Shown: positions 27,201 to 37,360 of the stretch, piece by piece | How the letters are laid out: every line of letters starts with the position of its first letter | Position numbering within the stretch: the stretch's first letter is position 1 | Origin: Callorhinchus milii | Taxonomy: Eukaryota | Reading direction: 5' to 3' | Assembly: GCF_018977255.1 (NCBI RefSeq) | Contig: NW_024704743.1 | Location: 104,720,001 to 104,780,000, forward strand | DNA: 60,000 nt | Notes under the pieces: generated by a model | Databases searched by the model: none | What the model saw: only the letters and a program-made list of their open reading frames with translations | What the model was told of the DNA's origin: nothing | Made by a program: the position numbers and the translations under genes

Positions 27201-28795
27201 CTGAAAGACTTCAGTTTAGTAAAACATAAGGAACAGAAGTTGTCATAAAATGCAATGGATTTGGGCTTTAATCTTGGAACGCCTCACTGTTACCAAATAA
27301 AACAGGCAAGAAGGAAAGCTGGTTTCAATCGCCTGTGTTGAGCTTGGGCCTTCACCTGATTAAGAACAGAAAATAAAAAGTTTTGAGATTAAATGGCCAA
27401 AGCTTTACGTTACAATGTGCCTTTAGTTTCACATTTCAGACAATGGGATTTCAATCTAATGAAGCAACATATTGACACCTGTTATATACCAGATCCTCCC
27501 AGGGGTCTTGTTTTATTGTTGTTCTGGTTCAACTCCTAACATTCTGACAATCTGCCACTTATTCCTGCATCCCCTGTTTAATAGTGCAAATTGCACTGTT
27601 TGGTTGAAAGTAATTTGTGCTCCCTGCTAAGCACCAGCAGCTGTTAAACGTTCAGAGCATTTTTACATCACCTTCTCTCTTGTGTTGCAAATAATGTACC
27701 ACAGTCCTGCTGGTACAATCTGCACCATGCGCCGGCCACTGTGTGGCAAGTTGGTTTATTTCTAGTGCGTTTCAGGGCAGATAAGTCTAGTGTTGATGTG
27801 AAACTACTCTTGCACCAGGGGAAATCAGATTGAAAGACTTGCTAAGTATTAGACCATAAGCTCATATGAAATAAGCGGTCAATCTGTCCATCAGCCTACT
27901 TTGCTACAGAAGCTATACAATTGACCCCACTGTCCACAACACCCAATCCACAATCAGAGATGCCTGATAGAAGGGACAAGTACATTATGTGGACATTGAA
28001 CAAAGACAGGATTAGATTTGGCTGTGATGCTCCATTCATTTAAGCATCCTATCAGCTCTCACTGTCGAGCCTCAAAGATGAATAATGTCTATTTGGGTAA
28101 AGTACCAGAGGATAACTGGTGCTTGTGGAACTATTTTCTGTAGAAGCAAATAGGAGTTGGTTGCCTTTGAGAGAGGAAGAGTGTACAGAAATAAAAATGA
28201 TGTAGGCTAAAAAAAAGCTTCCAGCAGAATACGGTTTTCTCCCAGATCCTCTGGTAATCCAGTGAAATACGAGGGGAATAGTCACAATTTTTTATTATTA
28301 TTAAATTATTATTAATGAAGGTTTATTTGAACATTCTTTTTGTAAAAAGGAACTGTACGACCTAAACTACAGAGGTTCTGGGCTCAGTACACACAGACAT
28401 TGTTGTATGTTTCTCATTAGCAGCACCTTCACCTTTCCAGACACTTTGAATTCTCCAGTCCATGTTCATTTTAATTGTGGCTTTAATCTATTTTTAATAA
28501 CCACTCTGTGCTTTTGTGTGCTAATTACTGTTGTTTCTGAAATAGAGCAGGGATTCTCAAAATTTTAAGACTTTTGGCATTCATAATCTTTGAGAAGCAT
28601 TTTTCCAAAGAAATACATACCAACACCACTGCTTCTCAAAGTAATTTCAATTGCTCAGCAATCCTTTAGTGAGCTTTGTTCTACTTTGTATTAATTCACT
28701 TCTTCTTGTTTTATGTGCAGTTTCATAGTCAGTAAAAAGTGCAATTTAACAGCAATGCCAAGCGGAGGAAGGTTACAAGTGCCAATAAAACGTAC

Positions 28796-28965
28796 CACAG
28801 TTAAACTCTTCTGTTGTTACCGAGGCAACTGATCTGCCCTGCAGTTTCCTGGGATATTCGCAAGTTGCTGCAGCTTGGGTTTGGCTATTCTGGGCATAGT
28901 TCTTAAGCAGTTCTGCCAACCACATCAGCTCGCAGTCACAGACCAGGCCATTGGAATCTAAACGA
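28796..28965 (-). CDS. PXDNL: Peroxidasin-like exon 7 (LRRCT): [56 protein letters not shown]
   Basis: 170 nt, acceptor gttcgcag, donor gtacgt, LRRCT CxC...C...C cysteines. Confidence 0.96.
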
Positions 28966-29381
28966 CTGCGAACAGAGAAAGATCAGAATAAAAGGCAGGA
29001 TTAGTACAGTCATTCATATCTTGACACAGCATTCGACACTCAATCCCACCTATTTTTATAGTTCCCAAATTCAATGTAAGTAAGACCTGACTTTATTCAA
29101 GTACTTTCCCCAAGCTCCATAAGGTGAGACAAAAGAAGGGAAACAAACAAAAAAATCCTGGCAGGTGGAAGGATGGTTTACCATGGGATCCATCTACATT
29201 TGGAAATGAGTAATGTGAAATTTTAGTCTTAAAAATTAGAAAAATAATAATGATCCATACATATGATACGGTGCCTTTCATGCCAGGAAGACATCTCAAA
29301 GCATGTCACAGTATTTACTATAAAGTGTGGTGGTTGTGTATTTTGTAGATGTACAAGTCTGTGAAATTTTATTTCATACCT

Positions 29382-29612
29382 GGGCTTCATAATTTCTCAC
29401 ATTCTTAGGATTAAGACCATTATCTTAAAATTTAAATAGAAATTAAATGTGGAATTTTGGAAAACAGTCTTAAATTCAGTCTCAGGTTGGAAGTCCATAT
29501 TCTGCAGTAGCCCAAAAATGAGCTAGAGTAAGGTTCAGTTCCAAAATTCTGCACAAACTTAAATATTAAGATACTGGTTTTAAGACTAAGAACGTGGTTT
29601 TGGTGATCCGAA
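29382..29612. mobile_element. Palindromic MITE-like element related to 5190-5381 and 48199-48423
   Basis: CACATTCTTAGGATTAAGACCATTATCTTAAAATTTAA pairs with TTAAATATTAAGATACTGGTTTTAAGACTAAGAACGTG; inner GGAATTTTGGAA / TTCCAAAATTCT. Confidence 0.7.
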
Positions 29613-29909
29613 GCAGAAAGCACTTTGGTTCGACTTGGTTAATAGACTAGGAGGGGCAAATCTCACCAGCAGAGTAACAGGGGATTAATAATAATACTAA
29701 TATCCCTCGTATTTGATATAGTGTCTTCCATTTGAGAAGGACTTCTCAAAGTGCTTCATGGGTTTTGCTGTAAAATGGAGTGAGTGTATTACCAGTGTTT
29801 TAAACCAGCGGACTTCAGTGATTTAAGAAATAAGCAAATTACAATCATACGGCTCTGAGCTGGGTGCTGAAGCAATACAAAATAACCAGCACACTTTCCC
29901 ACCACTTAC

Positions 29910-29981
29910 AGTCTCTTTAGTGAATCCAAATGAGAGAAGGTCCCAGCAGGAATTCTTGACAATTTATTGTTGTGTAAGAAC
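29910..29981 (-). CDS. PXDNL: Peroxidasin-like exon 6 (LRR): FLHNNKLSRIPAGTFSHLDSLKRL
   Basis: 72 nt, acceptor tttcacag, donor gtaagt. Confidence 0.95.
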
Positions 29982-31038
29982 CTGTGAAACAAATCAGGTG
30001 AGTTTAATAACACAGAGAATGGGTATTAGAACCTACAACACTTTATATTTATCATTAAGGATGAAATATTCTTGATAATGTTCACATTTACAGGCAATAT
30101 CTGGATAGTGGTCTACATCAACTCATTTTGCTCAACTCAATACTCGCCTATTAGAATCCATCTGCAATGACATGCATTCCTAGGTGAACGGTGTGTGCGA
30201 GGTGAGGGTGAGGTGGGTGAAGAGGCGTGCAGAAGGCTGACCTTTGGTGGTGTAGGGTGGGGAGCTTTTGATCTCTGGCATTCTAGAACATATGTCTGAT
30301 CTCTCAAAAATACAGGTTTGTTCAGAGCTGGTGTGACGAGTTTAAAACATTACTTTGAACTTGACTGTACAGTTTTTAGAGCTCACAAAAGGCAAATTTT
30401 GCAAGAAAATTGCATTATCCTGTCCCAGTTAAAAACTGGTAGTCAGGGATTGTAATACCTAAATATAGCGCTTTGGGACATCCTCCCGACGTGAAAAGCG
30501 CTATATCAAATGCAAGGATTATTATTTATTATAGTTGGACACACTATTCCTGTTTCATAGTGGGAGAAGATTTTACCAACTGATCCTAGAGAAGCTAGTG
30601 TTTGTTGTATGTGTGAGTATCTGATCCACACATTCATGGACTAGATGCTGTCCAAACTTTTGCTGAATTCTTGCCTGTAAGACATTTTTAATCATTACCC
30701 AAACATGCTTGTTTGGTGCATCTATTGATTCTTTCTCTGGCAGTTTTAAGCAGGCATCAGTTTACAAATCAAATCAAATATTGAGAAATGAAATAACTGA
30801 GGGTAAAAGTGCTACTAATCTGTTATTTTAAACTTATTAGATATGCAATTATTGGTCAATTGATTTCAAATTATGGCCTCTTTTTGACCTAGAGCAATAT
30901 CTTTTTTGGAGGTCATTACTGTCCCCAGGGTACACATTGCAGAGTCAAGTAATGACCATAATATTGGAACAAACTAGTGAAATTTAGCTTGATGTGGCCT
31001 TGTTCCCACTTTTTTGCAATAGCATTGCTATTTGCAGT

Positions 31039-31357
31039 GGAGTCCTGTAGCTCAGTGGTTAGAGCACTCGCTTTGCAAGTGAGAGACCTGAGTTCAATTC
31101 CAGGCAGGGCGAAACCTTGGGCAAGTTTCCTTACTCCACACGCCTAATAGTAATCCCTCCAAAACCAAAAACAATAATAAATTGGTCATTTTCAATCCAT
31201 GATTGTTTGTGGGACACTGCTGTGTGCAATTTGCTGCCGCGTTCGCCTACAAATATACAGTCAATTCACTTTACAGTCTATTCTGTGAAGCGCTTTGGGA
31301 CGTCTAGAAGACGTGAAACGCACTATATCAAATGCACGGATTATTATTATTATTATT
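31039..31357 (+). mobile_element. Young tRNA-Ala-derived SINE, full length
   Basis: Intact A/B boxes; first ~94 nt identical to the inverted copy ending at 46853. Confidence 0.92.
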
Positions 31358-31657
31358 TCTGCATATTCTCATTGAAAGCATCATGTTTTTAGGATGCCCA
31401 GTGATATTTTACCAAATTTATACTTTTCTTAGCTGTGATGAGAGACTGGGTTAACATGGGTTACGTTCACTTTAACAGTGTTTATGCTAAACACATTAGT
31501 AGTCTGCGAGTTACCGCTGTGTTTTGTGCACACCTCCATTTCTGAATGGTGCTTGTGATATCATTTAGTGCTGGACAGCAAGTTGCTGTCACTCTGCTGA
31601 GATCCCATGAGGAACTCTTGCCAGTATTAACGTTTATAGCAGCTCACAACCATTTAC

Positions 31658-31744
31658 ACAACAACAACAACAACAAGATTCCATTTATAAAGCGCCTTTC
31701 ACGTCAGGAGGACGTCCCAAGGCGCTGCACAGTTGGGTCATGAC
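31658..31744 (-). mobile_element. Very young, extremely 5'-truncated L2 (87 bp) with TSD ACACAACA
   Basis: 100% identical to 33816-33902; direct repeat at 31656-31663 and 31743-31750. Confidence 0.88.
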
Positions 31745-33099
31745 ACAACATGGCATTGCATTATAGATCTCGTGTACTATTTCAGATTTATTCTTTGTGA
31801 ATAATTTTAGTAAAAAATTAAGGTTAAGAAAGAAAAAAAGGCAGCAGCTCCCCTATAACCCAGTGTCTAAAGGCCAGAACAGCACTGGCTACTGGCCAGA
31901 ACAGCACTGGAACTGATCTCAGCTGGGACAACAGTCCAGCTGTTTCAATTGGCTGACCACCTTGGGTAATGGAGAGGGAAAACTAGTCAGGGTTCCCGCT
32001 CCTAATCAGAAATCTCGGCTGGAATGTGTGTATATGTGAACGCTAAGTGACAATGGGATCTGGCTCAGCTGTGATACCTTCTGCTGTTGAATTGACTTTT
32101 GAGATTCGCACGGATAGTGACAACTTGATGAGAGTTATTGGAGGACGATGCAGCACCTAAGGAACCATTAGAATGAAAAAGGAGTCTAAAAGCCATCAGG
32201 AGATTGATTTAATCGCAGAAGACGCAAGGAATCAAACTGCACAGCAAACTCATGGACTTCACACTCACTACTTGTAATTTGGACCAGAATTCACTGAAGT
32301 GCATTACAGGTTATTCATCTGAGTGTGGAAGAACCATCATCAGTCAGTTTAAGAGTATTTTGTGCAAGCTGAAAAATCTCTATAGTGCATCATTCCTGGC
32401 TAGATATTCAATTTAGTGGCCAAATGTCCTCTTCCATGTGTTCCAGGTTATGTAAATTGATGTGCTCATGCTAATAGCAATCATGTTTCTGGGTGGTCAA
32501 GATGTCAATTTATGTCAATTTATGTCAATGCTCTGTAAATTATTGATTTAAAAATGCTGTGAAAAGTGCATTTGAACAGTACAGTATCTTTGTAATGAAA
32601 GGTAACCTTCAATCCAGTATCAGTTAGGGTATTCTACCCTCCCACATGCCCATCATTGCTCAGGGCACCAATTCGAAAGCTTTCAGTGTTTAACTCAGTA
32701 TTTTTTGGATATGTGGATTCTGACTCTGCAAGGAAATGCATTGCTGTTCTTTATTCGTTTAGTTATTTGTAAATTCAATATTACTTTAAACATGGGCTTT
32801 AGTTTTGCTGAATTATGAATATAGTTGTGAATTACAAACTAAAATGGTGATTTTGGCAGTATTACTTGGGTCCGGCATCAAATTCTGTGAAATATTTTTA
32901 GATTAGTTAATTTCTGTACTGTTTCTGGACCAATTTATATTGGCGTTTCAGAAGGCATTTGCCACATAAGAAATTACCAGTTAATATTAAGGTAAATTGG
33001 AAGAAATCCCATGACATTAATAAGAAATTGGTTGGATAATAAGGGTCTAATAAACAGGACTAGCAGTGAGAGGTGATATATACTCCAGAGAACATGGCT

Positions 33100-34030
33100 G
33101 GGGCCCCAGAAATGTTGTGCTCAATATAAATGACCTGGATCTAGGAATAGGTCCAAGTTTGCTGATGCCACAATGCTCAGAGGTGCAGTAAATTTGTGAA
33201 GATAAGAACAAAAAAGTCTAAAGAGACACACAGAGATTGAATAGTTGGAATTGTGGCAGATGTGGTTTAATGTATCAAAGTGTGGATACAATACTTTGGA
33301 CATGCAATAGAATCTAAATGGGAAAGCACAAAAGGGCTAAATGAACAAAACCCCAAGTTCTTAAGTCATTAAAAGCTAGTTTCGCAGGTGCAAAGTGCCA
33401 TCAAAAAGGTGTCATTAATAGAATTATAACCAGGAAGTGCTGCTGTAATTGTACAAAGTGTTTGTTAGAAATCATTTGGAGTATTGCTCAGTTTGGGAGT
33501 CAAATCTTCAGCAGGATATATTTGTGTTGGAGGATGCCCAGTGGCATTTCGCCAAATTTGTACATGTCTTATCTGTGATGAGAGGCTGAGGTAACATGGT
33601 TTACACTAATGAAGGCAAATAAACTAAATAGGGAAAGACTTCCTTCTGGTAGATTGATCCAAAACTGAGGGGCAGTACTAGCTCTTTGACCGAGCCTTCA
33701 GCTCCCCTCTCGACTCTCTTCCCCCTTCTCGCTCCCTCCCATCCCTCCCCTCACCCTGACCATTTCCCCCCTCCTCGCTCCCTCCCCTCACCCTGACCAT
33801 TTCCCCCCTGCTCGGGTCATGACCCAACTGTGCAGCGCCTTGGGACGTCCTCCTGACGTGAAAGGCGCTTTATAAATGGAATCTTGTTGTTGTTGTTGTT
33901 GTAGCTGGTTAGCAGTAAAACCAGAAGACATTTCTTTATACAGAGGGTTGTGAGAATATGGATTGCACCCTGCCAGAAAGTAGAATTGATTGAGATATTT
34001 AAAAGAGTGATATATAGAGTGAGATGGTAG
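33100..34030 (+). mobile_element. Old CR1 LINE, RT to 3' end, interrupted by a young L2
   Basis: SKFADATML (FADD decayed), TGGCAGATGTGGTTTAATG, TTTCTTTATACAGAGGGTTGTGAG. Confidence 0.8.
33681..33902 (+). mobile_element. Very young L2 3' end with internal tandem duplication, TSD TAGCT
   Basis: CpGs intact; unit CCTCCCCTCACCCTGACCATTTCCCCC present twice; stem-loop plus (TTG)n; flanked by TAGCT. Confidence 0.88.
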
Positions 34031-34451
34031 AGTGATAAAGTGTTAGTTATTTTATTTTTAAAAAAACTTTTATTAGATCATAGCAAATCTTTGCAATCCC
34101 ATTTCTTTGTCTAATTCTGTTCCAATCTGCATTTGCCCCTATGTTCCTGTTGTTGTTCAAGACACAAACACAAATTCTCTTACCTGTAAAATAATATTCT
34201 GAAAAGTTTGAATGGTAATGGTTATAACATAGATTTTTTTTAAACAAATTTCTCAACAACATATGAAATAGGTGCAAACAGTGACATGCACTTAATGGTT
34301 AAAAGCTTTTTATCAAGCTGTTCCTTCAAGGGAGCTATAACCAAGACCATGGTTAGTTATCAATCCAAGGCACAGTTAGTCTGGTCAGTCACTTAAATGA
34401 CAAAGACGGAAACAGAAACGCAGATTAAACAACAATTCATGCAGCACTTAC

Positions 34452-34523
34452 AATCGCTCTAGTTTGGGTAGGTCACTAAAAGTTTCTGGTTCTAGTATCT
34501 CTATGTGGTTGAAGTGAATATAT
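34452..34523 (-). CDS. PXDNL: Peroxidasin-like exon 5 (LRR): YIHFNHIEILEPETFSDLPKLERL
   Basis: 72 nt, acceptor tcaacag, donor gtaagt. Confidence 0.95.
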
Positions 34524-35699
34524 CTGTTGAGAAAATTCATGGAAGAGTTAATATTAATGGCTGGCTGAAAAGAGGTTTATTTTCAGAAACCAAACCAAGC
34601 TACTGTAAATTGGGAACTTTTCTTATATATTACTGTAGCCACAGTTCTTGCAATCGGAGCTTGATATAAACCACAATATATGTGACTAAGTAATTCACAT
34701 CAGCTTAACTTTTGTATCATGCAAACGTATTTCATGCAGAGCAAAAAGCTCACCAGTCCAAAGAGCTGGAAATCTTTCCAATTTCTACCTGAATGATGCC
34801 AGAATTCTACAAGCAACTTGTCATAACTAACAGTCAGGCCATTATTCTACCCTGCATTAACATTGGTAAAATGACTTTTATACAACAAGAATTAGTAATT
34901 TCCTGATATCTCAAGCAATTGGAATCATTTTCCACATTAGACTCCATGGGGTGCTCTTTGGATTAGTGCCGTTGCTGTTGTTCACTGTGTACACATCCCC
35001 AGCCAGTTAATACTGAAAACAAAATATTCCTAACATTTAGATTTTGGGTCAGAATGCCCTCAGTGTATGAAAAGGATCCCAAGCCAGAAATTGCCAGACA
35101 GAACTTTTTTCATCCAATGTTTAGGGGATTACTTCATACTCTGCTGTTTGTAAGTTCTAACTTTCTGCCCAACCATTATGTAAATGCTAGACTAAACGCT
35201 GCCCAGTGGCTGCAGGTTTATGAATTTCAGTCACTGTTGAAAAAGTAAAGAAATGGATCAGCAGAACTGCAGATCTGACGGTCAAACCCATGGTGGACAA
35301 GGTGCTGTATGAGCAGGCCTTGCAATGGACTTGTACCTTGTTACTCTGCTCATTCTGCTTTTCTATGTTTGCTAACTGAGAATCCCAATTTACAGTAGCA
35401 ATAACACTTAAAAGGGAATAAAGCGTACAGCAAAAGAAAATCTAATGAAGCTTTTATTAATTTTATTTAAGGCACAATAATTAATTTAGGAAAAATATGC
35501 TTTGATCATCTTAATTGATTTAAGGAAGCATGTTCTGTGCCTTCACTCTCTTGTCTTGTTAGAATTCTGTATCATCCTGTTTTACCATTCAGACACAGGT
35601 GAGCTATGAATCAAATGTCAACTAAAGGACATCCTATTAATAGGAATCAATTTAAAATGGATCAACTATTCCCAGGACACTGTTTACTTAATGAAAGAA

Positions 35700-36100
35700 A
35701 CAATTAACTGCCATTTTTATAGTGCTTTATCATGTTAAAGCATCAAAAGCACTTTACAATAATTATGGTCAAGTTTTATCACTGTTTTTGTTGGCAAACA
35801 CAGCAGCCACTTTGTGCACAGGAATGCTCGAGAAACAGCCGTGAAGTGAATAATTAATTTAATCTGGAGGATTGTAGGAGACATTGAGGGAAATGTCCTT
35901 CTGTTTTCAGATAGTATGATGGGATCTTTAATGTCCAGGCCGACAAGATCTTGGTTCAAATATCATCCTTCAAATGACTTTCTCCAGTGCTTCTCTAATT
36001 TTGAATGGAATCCTAGACCATAAGCTCAATTCCAACATGACAATTAAACCTACGACCTTCTGAGGCAGAGAAGAGAGTGCTATCAACTGAGACAAGCTGA
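35700..36100 (-). mobile_element. Deu-domain SINE, old
   Basis: ATGGGATCTTTAATGTCC...CCTTCTGAGGCAGAGAAGAGAGTGCTATCAACTGAGACAAGCTGACA (reverse head). Confidence 0.7.
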
Positions 36101-37199
36101 CATCAAGACATTAATAGGAATAATTCAAACAGTGAATTGTCTGCTTGACAATAAATTGATCTCATGAATATGCTTTACTCATGCACACCTAGAGAAGCAA
36201 AATCATCATCAAAAAGGTTATATTTCCACTTGAAAATCAAATTACAGGATTTGCATTTGAAATGTAAGAAAGTATCCAAATGATTTCTGTATCTTTACGA
36301 TAACAGGATGAAAACTTATCTAATGGCTTTGTCATGTTTTATTTTAAGTGAAGAGCATAGTGAGAACATAGTGGGAATCAATGTTAAATATAGCACCAAC
36401 ATTACAACCACAGAAAGGTCTATCAGTGCCACATCAATGTAAATAACACACATATTTAAAGGCTGTCACAGATTCCTGTGTAAAATCGTAAAAGTAACAC
36501 TGTAAATGGTTTAAATGTTTAGTACCATTCTATAGCATGTGTTATGTGTCATGAATGGAAATATTATCCAGTTAAGACTGTCATAGAAGATCCATATGTA
36601 ATACATTTTAGGTAAGGCCCTAGTACAGAATTATAATATTATGAAGAACGCCTCTTCCTTTTATTAGATGCGAAACTACCTAAAAAAGTGAGCCACTAAA
36701 TGGCATCCATAAAGAAAGGCTGGCAACACCAAAGGTAGATACAGACTCCAAAGGAGAAAGTCAAATGCAAATATTGTATTTGCTGACACAGAAATTTAAA
36801 TGCTCTTCATTGGATTCTCTTTGTTGAAGACTGTGAGTTATCCAATCTTCCTCCTTCAGAGTGGAAAACAAAATCCCCATAATAAATAATCTTTACATTT
36901 AGGATAACGCCTTTCATGTCAGGAGGGTATCCTGAAGCAGTTCACAGGATATACTGTAGAGTGCAGTGACTGCGTGTTTAGTGGGTGAATGGGGCAGCCA
37001 ATTTTGTGCACAGTGATGCCCCATAAACAGCACTGAAGTGAATGAGCAATTTTATTTGGGGGATGGTTGGCCAGGACACCCGGAGAAACTCTCTTCTGTT
37101 GCATGATTCTCAGCCGAGTAATCCTTCAACTCCATCTAGCTTCTCTCTCCCCCTCTCCCCTTTGCAACATTTTGCCTTCGAGCCAAATTTGCATTATTT

Positions 37200-37360
37200 T
37201 CTGGGATTCACTAATAATCCCATTTAAAATTTTGTATACCTCTATAAGGTTCCCTCTTAGATGTCTCCTTTCAAGACTCAAAAGCCCTAACTTGTCTAAT
37301 CATTTCTCATAGCTTATTCCTCAAATACTGTGGACCATCCTCATTGCTCTCCTCTGTTCT
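37200..37360 (-). mobile_element. CR1 fragment
   Basis: CCATTTAAAATTTTGTATACCTCTATAAGGTTCCCTCTTAGATGTCTCCTTTCAAGACT encodes LERRHLRGNLIEVYKILNG on the minus strand. Confidence 0.8.

Noticed and set aside
32502..32530. Short tandem duplications (ATGTCAATTT x3; GGCCAGAACAGCACTGG x2 at ~31872-31910)
   Set aside because: Ordinary slippage products with no further structure
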